Origin: Spirochaetia bacterium
GTDB lineage: Bacteria; Spirochaetota; Spirochaetia; SZUA-6; Bin103
Assembly (NCBI GenBank): GCA_965203905.1
Contig: CBDBDQ010000005.1
Coordinates: 2,528,001 to 2,592,000, forward strand
Length of the DNA: 64,000 nucleotides
Direction: 5' to 3'
Numbering within the stretch: position 1 is the stretch's first letter; each line of letters begins with the position of its first letter. The notes beneath the pieces are model-generated. The model saw only the letters and a list, made by a program, of their open reading frames with translations. It was not told where the DNA came from and searched no databases. The position numbers and the translations under genes are program-made. Shown here one piece after another: positions 13,858 through 22,452 of this stretch.

Positions 13858-14304
13858 GTGTCCAGGCGAGCCGGAGTACCGCCGCGGTGGCAGCCGCTCG
13901 ACCAGCGTCTGACCGCCTGGATGAGCCGCCATGGCGTGCCGTTGCTGCGGGTCGCCGTCGGGGTCGTGTTCATCTGGTTCGGAGCGCTGAAACTGTTTCC
14001 GGGGGCAAGTCCGGCCACCGGTCTCATCGTAGCGACCTTCCCGTTCCTGCCGGAACGGTTGTTCCTGCCGTTTCTGGGTTGCTGGGAAGTGGCGATCGGC
14101 TGCGGCTTTCTCAGCGGCCGTTTCCTGCGCGTGACGGTGGCTCTGATGTACCTGCAGATGCTCGGGGCGATGTCGCCGCTGGTGTTGAACTCCGCCGCCG
14201 TATTTGCGCAGCCGCCATTCGTGCTCACGCTGGAGGGCCAGTACATCGTCAAGAACCTGGTCCTGCTGGCGGCTGCGATCGTGATCGGCGCGCGGGTGCG
14301 CTGA
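13858..14304 (+). CDS. DoxX-family membrane protein
   Basis: LLRVAVGVVFIWFGALK ... TLEGQYIVKNLVL. Confidence 0.8.
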   Translation: MSRRAGVPPRWQPLDQRLTAWMSRHGVPLLRVAVGVVFIWFGALKLFPGASPATGLIVATFPFLPERLFLPFLGCWEVAIGCGFLSGRFLRVTVALMYLQMLGAMSPLVLNSAAVFAQPPFVLTLEGQYIVKNLVLLAAAIVIGARVR

Positions 14305-14369
14305 CGGCAGCAGCGGGTCGGTCGCACGGGGTTGGGCTGGACGCTCCGGCGGCGCCGCTGGCGGCCTGC

Positions 14370-14398
14370 TTGACGCCGCTGCATGGCGTATCTATGTT
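14370..14398 (+). promoter_or_regulatory. Sigma70-type promoter of a probable leaderless brx transcript
   Basis: TTGACG (14370-14375)-17 nt-TATGTT (14393-14398), ending 6 nt before ATG 14405. Confidence 0.65.
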
Positions 14399-14404
14399 AG
14401 CCCT

Positions 14405-14827
14405 ATGCCGTACGACCCTGTGCTCGTGCAACCGATGCGCGACGAACTCACCGCGGTGGGCATCGAAGAGTTGGAGACCGCAGAAGCGGTGGACCGCTTC
14501 CTGGCGGACAAGAGCGGGTCCGCCATGATCGTGATCAACTCCGTATGTGGCTGCGCCGCCGGCAGCGCCCGCCCCGGCATCAAGATGGCGCTGCGTCACG
14601 AGGTGACCCCGGACCGGGTCGCCACGGTGTTCGCCGGCCAGGACCTGGAGGCGACCGCCAGGGCGCGCGGTCACATTCCCCATATTCCGCCGAGCAGCCC
14701 ATCGGTCGCCTTGTTTCGCGATGGCGAACTGGTGTTCATGTACCCGCGCCATCAGATCGAGGGACGGCCACCGCAGGTGATCGCCGCGGATCTGATGGAA
14801 GCGTTCGACGAGCACCTCTCCTCCTGA
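14405..14827 (+). CDS. BrxA/BrxB-family bacilliredoxin (YphP/YqiW, DUF1094)
   Basis: VQPMRDEL, INSVCGCAAGSARPG (CGC motif), TVFAGQD, PPSSPSVALF, RHQIEGR. Confidence 0.93.
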   Translation: MPYDPVLVQPMRDELTAVGIEELETAEAVDRFLADKSGSAMIVINSVCGCAAGSARPGIKMALRHEVTPDRVATVFAGQDLEATARARGHIPHIPPSSPSVALFRDGELVFMYPRHQIEGRPPQVIAADLMEAFDEHLSS

Positions 14828-14854
14828 CCTCCCGTTCCGCGAACCCGCGCCGCA

Positions 14855-15139
14855 ATGAGAGATTCCCGGCACGCGGCCAAGGGTGAGTTGCACGGCATCA
14901 CCGTGGTGGTGGACACCACGGGCCCGGAGCTGTATGTCGGTCGCTTCTTCGAACAGCGCGGCGACGGCATTGTGCTGCTCGACGTGGCGCGCCATACCGA
15001 TGGAGCAGGCGGGGTGTCGAAGCAGCAGTACGTGCAGACCGCGGCCCGCTACGGCCAGTGGAAGGAGCACGACCAGGTAGTGGTTCCGTTGCCCGAGGTA
15101 CGTTCGGTGACCCGTCTGCTCGATGCCGGCGCATCGTAG
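14855..15139 (+). CDS. Small hypothetical beta-rich protein (possible Sm-like fold)
   Basis: 94-aa ORF in operon context with strand pattern ITVVVDT/LYVGRF/GIVLLDV/VVVPLPEVRSV. Confidence 0.7.
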   Translation: MRDSRHAAKGELHGITVVVDTTGPELYVGRFFEQRGDGIVLLDVARHTDGAGGVSKQQYVQTAARYGQWKEHDQVVVPLPEVRSVTRLLDAGAS

Positions 15140-15145
15140 CTCCGC

Positions 15146-15733
15146 ATGAGTCGGGTGCTGCTCGGCGCGGCTGTCCTGGTTGTCGCCGCGTGCTCGCGCC
15201 AGCCGCACGTGCGCGAGTATGACGAGGTGGTCATCAAGCCCTCGCCCGTGGTGGCGGCCTTCGACGGCAGTGGTGCCGGTGGCGCTGACGCGGGGCCGTT
15301 GGCGTGGCAGACACCGCCGGCGTGGCAGGAGTTGCCCGGTGACGGTATCCGTCTGGCGGCGTTCCTTCTGCAGCAGGGCGACCGGCGCGCCGAGACCACG
15401 GTGGTGATGTTGGGCGGGGCGGCCGGCGGCCTGGAGGCCAACGTGGTGCGCTGGCTCGATCAGCTCGGGCTGCAACTCGGGAGTGAAGAGCTGGCTCGGT
15501 TTCTCGCCGCCGGCGAGCCGGTAGCCACCCGCGACGGGCTGCGCCTCACGTTGTTCGACTTCACCCGCCTGACGACTGCCGGCGGGGACTCGATGCTGGC
15601 GGCGGTGGGGCCGATGCTCGACCAGACCCTGTTCGTGAAGATGTCCGGGGACGGCGACCTGGTGGCCGCCGCGCGCGGCGACTTCCTGCGCCTGGTCGGC
15701 AGCCTGGGACTGGCCGCCACGGGCACCTCATGA
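15146..15733 (+). CDS. Putative lipoprotein upstream of cytochrome c biogenesis genes
   Basis: Signal peptide with lipobox VVAA-C; WQTPPAW and GGLEANVVRWLDQLGL motifs. Confidence 0.75.
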   Translation: MSRVLLGAAVLVVAACSRQPHVREYDEVVIKPSPVVAAFDGSGAGGADAGPLAWQTPPAWQELPGDGIRLAAFLLQQGDRRAETTVVMLGGAAGGLEANVVRWLDQLGLQLGSEELARFLAAGEPVATRDGLRLTLFDFTRLTTAGGDSMLAAVGPMLDQTLFVKMSGDGDLVAAARGDFLRLVGSLGLAATGTS

Positions 15734-15767
15734 CGGCCGGCCGGCGGCGGCGCGAGCGGAGCGCAAT

Positions 15768-16919
15768 GTGTTAGCCGCCGCCATCAAGCGCTATCCGGTC
15801 CTGCGTCTGCTGATCGATCTGCGGGTCACGGTGGTGTCTCTGCTGTTGCTGTTCGTGCTCACCTTCCTGGGCACCGTGCACCAGATCGACAACGGTATCT
15901 ACTCGGCGCAGAAGAAATACTTCGAGTCGTTCTTCACCCTGGCGGGTGGGTTCGTGCCGCTGCCCGGAGCCCAACTCGTGCTCTGGGTGCTGTTCGTGAA
16001 TCTCGTGGCGGCAACCATCTACCGCTTCGCCTATCGGCTGCGACGGATCGGCATCCTGATCATCCACGGCGGCCTGTTCGCCCTCTTCTTCGGCATGTTC
16101 TTTACCCAGTACTTCGCGCAGGAGTCGTTCCTGTCGCTGCTGGAGGGGGAGGGGGGCAACGTCACCACCGACTACTTCGACTGGGAAGTGGCGGTGTGGG
16201 ATCCCACCGGCGAGACGCGCCACGTGGCCGCCGTCGATGCCCGCGAACTGGAGACCGGCACCACGGTCGAGATCTCTCATTACGGCGTGGCGCTGCTGCC
16301 GCAGCAATACTTCCCCAACGCCCAGGCTTTCAGTCGCGCCGCTGGCACGCCGACACGGTGGATCAACGGTTCCGGTATCGAGAGTCTTGAGGAGGCGCGC
16401 GTGTCACCCGATCCACAGGAGAATTTCCCCGGGGTGACGCTGACGGTGCGCCATGCGGGGGGCAGCGCGGAGGTGTTGCTGTTTGGCGGCGACGTGGGTC
16501 CGGCGTTCGTGCCGGTGGCCGGTGGCCGGCTCGCGGTGTCGCTGCGGCGCAAGCACCATGTGATGCCCCTGATTCTGATGCTCGACGACTTCCGGGCCGA
16601 GTTTCACCCCAACTCCGACACGCCGCGCAGCTTCGAGAGCGACGTTACCCTGCGCACGCCGGAGCTGACCCGCAGCGCGCGGATTTCGATGAACCACCCG
16701 CTGCGCTACGCGGGCTATACCTTCTACCAGGCTTCCTACGCCATCGACGCCACCGGTCAGGAGACCTCCACCCTCGCGGTAGTCCATAATCGCAGCCGCG
16801 TGGTGCCGTACGTCGGCACCGCGTTGGTGGGTGTCGGCCTTGCAATTCACTTCATCCAGACCCTGGTGCTGCGCCGGCGCAGGCGCTCCGACTCCTCGCA
16901 GGCGGCCGGCCGTGTTTAG
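15768..16919 (+). CDS. Cytochrome c biogenesis protein, ResB/CcsB-like
   Basis: N-terminal TMs with LGTVHQ and IIHGG (conserved His); C-terminal PRSFESDV...ISMNHPLRYAGYTFYQAS plus a final TM. Confidence 0.85.
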   Translation: MLAAAIKRYPVLRLLIDLRVTVVSLLLLFVLTFLGTVHQIDNGIYSAQKKYFESFFTLAGGFVPLPGAQLVLWVLFVNLVAATIYRFAYRLRRIGILIIHGGLFALFFGMFFTQYFAQESFLSLLEGEGGNVTTDYFDWEVAVWDPTGETRHVAAVDARELETGTTVEISHYGVALLPQQYFPNAQAFSRAAGTPTRWINGSGIESLEEARVSPDPQENFPGVTLTVRHAGGSAEVLLFGGDVGPAFVPVAGGRLAVSLRRKHHVMPLILMLDDFRAEFHPNSDTPRSFESDVTLRTPELTRSARISMNHPLRYAGYTFYQASYAIDATGQETSTLAVVHNRSRVVPYVGTALVGVGLAIHFIQTLVLRRRRRSDSSQAAGRV

Positions 16920-19038
16920 CGGCCCCCGCCACGGCGCGCCGCGCGCCCGGCTCGCGCTTGCGGCCGGCGTAATGCTCCTGGTCGCGGTAGCCGGAACCGC
17001 GCAGGAGGCTGCCGGCGCCGGCCTGGAAGAGGTGAGGGCGTTCGCACCGGGTGAGTTGCGGGTTGCCGAACTCGCGCCGCTGCGGCGCATCGTGGTGGTG
17101 GAAGGTGGGCGGCCGATGCCGCTGGACAGCTATGCGCGCATCACCTTGCTGCGGCTGTCCGGTCGCCGCAGCTACGACCGGCGCCCCGCCATCGAGTGGT
17201 TGGCGCGGGTGCTGTTCACCCCCAACGAGACCCACGACGACGAGATCTTCGTGGTGGACAATCCGGAAGTGGTCGACGCCATGGGCCTGGAGTCGCGCGG
17301 CCGCGACCGTTACAGTCTCGCATTCCTGCTGCCCGGGCTGCCGGAGCTGGAACGGTTGGCCACGGACGCCGCGGCGATCAGCGAGGAGGGCCGTACCATC
17401 GTGGAGCGCGAGATTCTGCGCCTCTGGAACAACGTCGGTCTCTACGCCAATCTGCTCTCCTCGTTCGCGTTCACCTACCCTCACCGGGACTTCCAGGTTG
17501 ACGATCCGGCGGCAGCGGAGTTGCTCGGGCTGCCCGGTACCGGCACCTACAGCTACCTCGACGTCGCCCTGCGGCGCGCCGAGTTGCGCGAAGCCGCCAT
17601 GGCCGCCGGCGTGGCGCACGCTGCCAGCGGCGCGTTCAGCCGCAGCGATGGGCAGTTGCTGCGCCTCAGCCAGAGTCTCGCCGCGTGGCAGGGCAACTTC
17701 GTGGGCCTGCCGTTGCCGGTCATTCCGGTCGCCGGCTTCGGCGAGGCGCGCTGGCTCACGCCCTGGCAGGCGCTCGACGGACAGCAGACGGCGGGACTCG
17801 GGGCGGAGCAGCTGCGTGCCCTGGAGAGCGAGCTGCTGGCGCTGCGCGACCTGCAGGTGGCCTATCTCGAAGGCCGCGAGTTGCGCTTCGGACTGGCGGC
17901 GCGCCAGTTTACCGACTCGGTGCAACGCCGTACCGCGGCCGAGCTCGAACTCAAGGATCCCGGACTGGAGATCTTCTACAATCGAACCAATCCCTACCTC
18001 GCCGCGCGGCTGGCGTACGGCGCCGGGCTGCTGCTGCTGGCGCTGTCGTTCCTCGGCTTGAGGATCTGGCTGTATCGCGCCAGTCTCCTGTTGTTGCTGC
18101 TCGGCTTCATCCCCCACACCTTCGGCCTGGTGCTGCGCATCCTGATTACCGACCGGCCGCCGGTCACCAACCTGTTCGAGACCTTCGTGTTCGTGGGCTG
18201 GGGTGCGGTGGTATGCGGCGTAGTCATGGAGTATCTGCGCAAGCGCTATCTCGGCGTCTTCTGCGGGCTGGCGGGCGGGTTCGTGTTCTTCCTGCTCTCG
18301 GGCAAGTTCTCGGCCGAGGGCGACACCATGCCGGTGCTGCAGGCGGTTCTGGACACCAACTTCTGGCTCTCCACCCACGTCACGGTGATCACCACCGGCT
18401 ACATGGCCTGCTGCGTGGCGGGCCTGATCGGCCACGTGTACATGCTGCAGGCGGTGTTGCAGGGGCGGCGCGGCGCGGCGTCCGCTCCGGATGCCCGGCA
18501 ACTCGCGCACACCTACCGGACGCTGTTCGGCACCCTGGCCCTGGGACTCACCTTCTCCTTCGTGGGCACGATGCTCGGGGGCATCTGGGCCGACCAGTCG
18601 TGGGGCCGCTTCTGGGGCTGGGATCCCAAGGAGAACGGCGCCCTGCTGATCGTGCTGTGGTGCGCGATCCTGTTCCACGCCCGAATGGGCAAGATGATCG
18701 GCCAGTTCGGAATGGCCGCCGGTGCCGCCCTGCTGATCATCGTGGTGATGCTGGCGTGGTTCGGGATCAACGCGCTCGGGGTGGGCCTGCACGCCTACGG
18801 GTTTACCGACGGGGTTCTGTTGGGGCTGGGCGTGTACAGCGTGGCGCAGGTGGCGTTCGTGGCGGCGATCGGCAGTTGGTATCGCCGGCAGCAGCGTCGC
18901 GCGCCGCAGCCACCGGCACCGCCATCCCCGGGCGCCGGCGTGGCGGCCGCGGGGCACGCCAACGGCGCCGCCCACACCACGGCCCCGGTAGGGGGAAACC
19001 GATCCCCGGGGGTTGCAGCGGCGGCCGCGCACCGGTGA
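16912..19038 (+). CDS. ccsA: Cytochrome c biogenesis protein CcsA/ResC with large N-terminal periplasmic domain
   Basis: RPPVTNLFET, VLDTNFWLSTHV, WWD motif GGIWADQSWGRFWGWDPKENG, GLHAYG. Start (GTG 16912) is uncertain. Confidence 0.92.
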   Translation: MFSGPRHGAPRARLALAAGVMLLVAVAGTAQEAAGAGLEEVRAFAPGELRVAELAPLRRIVVVEGGRPMPLDSYARITLLRLSGRRSYDRRPAIEWLARVLFTPNETHDDEIFVVDNPEVVDAMGLESRGRDRYSLAFLLPGLPELERLATDAAAISEEGRTIVEREILRLWNNVGLYANLLSSFAFTYPHRDFQVDDPAAAELLGLPGTGTYSYLDVALRRAELREAAMAAGVAHAASGAFSRSDGQLLRLSQSLAAWQGNFVGLPLPVIPVAGFGEARWLTPWQALDGQQTAGLGAEQLRALESELLALRDLQVAYLEGRELRFGLAARQFTDSVQRRTAAELELKDPGLEIFYNRTNPYLAARLAYGAGLLLLALSFLGLRIWLYRASLLLLLLGFIPHTFGLVLRILITDRPPVTNLFETFVFVGWGAVVCGVVMEYLRKRYLGVFCGLAGGFVFFLLSGKFSAEGDTMPVLQAVLDTNFWLSTHVTVITTGYMACCVAGLIGHVYMLQAVLQGRRGAASAPDARQLAHTYRTLFGTLALGLTFSFVGTMLGGIWADQSWGRFWGWDPKENGALLIVLWCAILFHARMGKMIGQFGMAAGAALLIIVVMLAWFGINALGVGLHAYGFTDGVLLGLGVYSVAQVAFVAAIGSWYRRQQRRAPQPPAPPSPGAGVAAAGHANGAAHTTAPVGGNRSPGVAAAAAHR

Positions 19039-19105
19039 TTCCCCGCGGCCCGCACGTGGCGACGCTCGTCCCGGCGGCCGTGTTGCGGTACCTTGAGAGC
19101 TAGCG

Positions 19106-19864
19106 ATGGCGCTGGCGCGGGGCACCATGCCCTTTCTCGAACACGCCGCCGAGTTGCGGCGGCGATTGATCATCTCCCTGCTCGCCGTGCTGCTTGCGGC
19201 GATCGTCTGCTACCTGTTCTACGAGCCGGTGCTGACGGTGCTGTTGCGTCCGTTGGAAGCGGTGCCGGACGCAGCCGCCTCCGAGGCTGACGCGGACGCC
19301 GCGTATCTGTTCATCAACACCATCTTCGAGGGCTTTCTGGTACGGGTGAAGGTGGCGCTGATCGCCGGCGCCGTACTTGCCACCCCGGTACACCTCTACA
19401 ACCTGGTGCGCTTCATCTTCCCCGGCCTAACGCTTCGCGAGCGGCGCGCGGTAACGGCCGTCCTGGCGGCTTCCTTCGTGCTGTTGCTGGCGGGTTTTTT
19501 CTACAGCTACTACAGCGTGATACCGCTCTCCGTGCGGTTCCTGGTCAGCGCCGGTTTCATCCCGCCGGGGGTCGGCCTGTGGCTGAACTTTCAGCGCAAC
19601 GTGTTCTTCGTGTTCCAGTTTCTGCTGGTGTTCCTGCTGGTGTTCCAGATCCCGATCCTGCTGGTGGTGCTGATGATGACGGGGGTGGTCACCCGGCGCG
19701 CGCTGTTGCGGGCCAGCCGTTATGCGGTAGTCGGCATCTTCGCCCTGTCCGCGGTAGTCACGCCGCCGGACGTGGTGTCGCAGGTGAGCTTGGCGGTGCC
19801 GATGGTGGGCATGTTCTTTCTATCGATCCTGGTGGCAAAGCTGCTCGGGTTCGGAGCGGAGTGA
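19106..19864 (+). CDS. tatC: Twin-arginine translocase subunit TatC
   Basis: MPFLEHAAELRRRL, FIFPGLTLRERR, FQIP, AVVTPPDVVSQ. Confidence 0.93.
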   Translation: MALARGTMPFLEHAAELRRRLIISLLAVLLAAIVCYLFYEPVLTVLLRPLEAVPDAAASEADADAAYLFINTIFEGFLVRVKVALIAGAVLATPVHLYNLVRFIFPGLTLRERRAVTAVLAASFVLLLAGFFYSYYSVIPLSVRFLVSAGFIPPGVGLWLNFQRNVFFVFQFLLVFLLVFQIPILLVVLMMTGVVTRRALLRASRYAVVGIFALSAVVTPPDVVSQVSLAVPMVGMFFLSILVAKLLGFGAE

Positions 19865-20196
19865 TGTTCGGCCTCGGGGTCTGGGAAATCGCCATGATCT
19901 GCATTGTCGTGCTGGTGTTCGTGCGTCCCGAGGAGTTGCCCCGCGTGATGCGCAAGTTGGGGACGCTGTATGGTCGCGTCACCGGATCGTCGCGCCGCAT
20001 CATGCGGCAACTCCAGTTTCCCCCGGAGCTGGACGATGATCCGCAGCAGGGTGACCCTGGGCACAGCATCGCTCCCGACGGTACCGGGACCGGGGGCAGC
20101 ACAGGCAACTCGGTGCGCGACCCTGAAGGTAAGGTCGGGACCGAACATAGCGTCGAGACCGGGACCGACGACCGCGGGACGCGCAAGGAGGCGTGA
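19864..20196 (+). CDS. TatB/TatA-family subunit
   Basis: MFGLGVWEIAMICIVVLVFVRPEELPRVMRKLG; ATG overlaps the tatC stop. Confidence 0.8.
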   Translation: MFGLGVWEIAMICIVVLVFVRPEELPRVMRKLGTLYGRVTGSSRRIMRQLQFPPELDDDPQQGDPGHSIAPDGTGTGGSTGNSVRDPEGKVGTEHSVETGTDDRGTRKEA

Positions 20197-20200
20197 GAGA

Positions 20201-20410
20201 ATGTTACCTGGTGGTGCAGAGTGGATCATTATCGGCGGCGTGGTGCTGGTGCTGTTCGGCGCCTCGGCGATTCCGCGCTTTGCGCGTTCCATCGGACGCG
20301 CCAAGAAGGAGTTCGAGAAGGGGCAGCACGACGGTGCTCGGGAACAGGCCGAGGGCCAGCAGCCGGAGGCCGGCAAGTCGGCCGACGGCGACGAATCGCG
20401 CGACCCCTGA
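20201..20410 (+). CDS. tatA: Twin-arginine translocase subunit TatA
   Basis: MLPGGAEWIIIGGVVLVLFGASAIPRFARSIGRAKKEF; SD AAGGAGG upstream. Confidence 0.88.
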   Translation: MLPGGAEWIIIGGVVLVLFGASAIPRFARSIGRAKKEFEKGQHDGAREQAEGQQPEAGKSADGDESRDP

Positions 20411-20425
20411 GGCGGCGGACGCCGC

Positions 20426-21673
20426 TCAGTTACCCTGGTCCAGGAGCCGCCGCACCGCATCGAGGATGTGGTGCGCGACCTGTTCCTTCTCCATTGGCGG
20501 CAGCTGCACCGTAGCCGTATCGGGGGCGATCAGCAGCACTTCGTTGTGATCGGAGCCGAAAACGCTGTCGCCGGCGCTGTTGCTGACCTGGTTGGCGACG
20601 ACGAGGTCGACGCCCTTCCGGTCCAGCTTGGTACGTGCGAAGCGCTCCAGGTTCTCCGTTTCCGCGGCGAAGGCGACGATCACCCGCGGGCCCTGCTGCG
20701 CATCGCGCCGCTGCCGTGCCGCCGCGGCCACGATGTCCTCGGTACGTTCCAGTGCCAGCTCGAGGCGGGAGCCGGTGTCCGACTTCTTGATCTTGTGCGA
20801 CGCTCTGCTGGCCGGCCGGTAGTCGGCCACCGCGGCCGCCATCAGCAGCACGTCGTGCGAGGCCAGGCGCGTGCTGACCGCCGCCTGCATCTCGGCGGCT
20901 GACTCCACCGGCGCGAGGTCGATGCCGGCGCAGTCGACAGGTGACGGAGCGGTGGTGACCAGCGTCACCTCGGCACCGCGGTCGCGAGCCGCCCGGGCCA
21001 GCGCGAGCCCCATCTTGCCGCTGGAGCGGTTGCCCAGCACGCGCACCGGATCGAGCGCTTCGCGGGTGCCGCCGGCGGTCGTCAGGCAGCGCACGCCGGC
21101 CAGGTCACCGCGACGCCCCAGCACCCGGCGAATGTGTCCCAGCAGTGCCTCCGGCTCCACCATGCGTCCCGGGCCCCCGGCACCGGAAGCGTGGCGACCG
21201 CTCTCGGGCCCGGCCACTTCCACTCCGTCCTCGCGCAGCAGCGCCACGTTGCGCTGGGTGGCCGGATGCAGCCACATCCCCGCTTCCATCGCCGGCGCCA
21301 GCAGCACCGGCGCGCGCGTGCCCAGCACGGCGAGGGCGAGCAGATCGTCGGCCAGCCCGTGGGCCAGGCGGGCCAGCGTGCGGGCGGTGGCAGGCGCCAC
21401 CACGATGAGGTCGGCGCGTTCCGCCAGCTCCACGTGCGGCAGACCTCGGTCGGCGAACAGGTCGGTGTGCACCGCGCCGCGAGTCAGGCCGGTGAAGGTC
21501 GCCGGCGTGACGAAGCGCGCTCCGGAACCGGTGAGGATCACGTCGACCTCGGCGCCATGCCGCACCAGGGAACTCACCAGTATGGCCGCCTTGTAGGCCG
21601 CGATGCTGCCGGTCACGCCGACCACCACCCGGGCCCCCGTCAACGCCCCGCGCCGGCTCGTTGACGGACTCAT
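20426..21673 (-). CDS. coaBC: Bifunctional phosphopantothenoylcysteine decarboxylase/ligase
   Basis: GVTGSIAAYKA, APATA, APAM, TAGGTREALDPVR, NRSSGKMG, AAVADY, FAAET. Confidence 0.95.
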   Translation of the reverse strand: MSPSTSRRGALTGARVVVGVTGSIAAYKAAILVSSLVRHGAEVDVILTGSGARFVTPATFTGLTRGAVHTDLFADRGLPHVELAERADLIVVAPATARTLARLAHGLADDLLALAVLGTRAPVLLAPAMEAGMWLHPATQRNVALLREDGVEVAGPESGRHASGAGGPGRMVEPEALLGHIRRVLGRRGDLAGVRCLTTAGGTREALDPVRVLGNRSSGKMGLALARAARDRGAEVTLVTTAPSPVDCAGIDLAPVESAAEMQAAVSTRLASHDVLLMAAAVADYRPASRASHKIKKSDTGSRLELALERTEDIVAAAARQRRDAQQGPRVIVAFAAETENLERFARTKLDRKGVDLVVANQVSNSAGDSVFGSDHNEVLLIAPDTATVQLPPMEKEQVAHHILDAVRRLLDQGN

Positions 21674-22452
21674 GCGACTGCTGCCGGTGAGCGGTTGAGC
21701 TGGTAGACGATCTGCAGGCCCTTGAGGGTGATCCACGGGTCGATGTGCTCCACCACGTTGGTCTCAGCGGCGATCACCTCGGCCAGGCCGCCGGTCCCGA
21801 TCACCTGCATTCCGGAACCCAACTCCGTGCGGAAGCGGGCCACCATCCCCTCCACCAGTGCGACGTAGCCGTACACCAGGCCCGACTGCATGGCGTGCAC
21901 GGTGTTGCGGCCGATGGTGGCGGGTGGCGGGCGCAGCTCTACCCGCGGCAGGCGCGCCGTGTGGCCGGCCAGAGCCTGCAGCGAGATCTCCAGGCCGGGA
22001 GCGATGGCGCCGCCGACGTACTCGCCGGCGGCGTTGATGGCGTCGAAGGTGGTGCCGGTACCGAAATCGATGATGCAGGCGGGCGCGCCGTAGTAGCGGC
22101 AGGCGGCGGCGGCGTTGCAGACCCGGTCGGCGCCGACGTCGCGCGGGCTGTCGTAGCGCACCTTGACGCCGGTTCTCACGCCGGCGTCCACGATCAGCGG
22201 CTCGGAACGGAACATGCTCTGCGCCAGCTCTGCGAACGATGGAGTCAACGGCGGCACCACGCTGGCAAGCGCCACGCCGTCGATGATCGTGGGATCGAGG
22301 TTCGCCGCGGCGAACATCCCGGCCACCAGTACGCCGTACTCGTCGGTGGTGGCCGCGGTGCGGGTGTGAATGCGCCAGCTGGCCCGCAGCAATTCACCGT
22401 CGAACACCCCCAGCACGATGTTGCTGTTGCCGACGTCGACGCCGAGGAGCAC
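21670..22452 (-). CDS. coaX: Type III pantothenate kinase
   Basis: LLGVDVGNSNIVLG, SVVP, GADR, DFGTGTTFD, GGAIAPG, TGG; GTG start overlaps the panC stop. Confidence 0.95.
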   Translation of the reverse strand: MLLGVDVGNSNIVLGVFDGELLRASWRIHTRTAATTDEYGVLVAGMFAAANLDPTIIDGVALASVVPPLTPSFAELAQSMFRSEPLIVDAGVRTGVKVRYDSPRDVGADRVCNAAAACRYYGAPACIIDFGTGTTFDAINAAGEYVGGAIAPGLEISLQALAGHTARLPRVELRPPPATIGRNTVHAMQSGLVYGYVALVEGMVARFRTELGSGMQVIGTGGLAEVIAAETNVVEHIDPWITLKGLQIVYQLNRSPAAVA

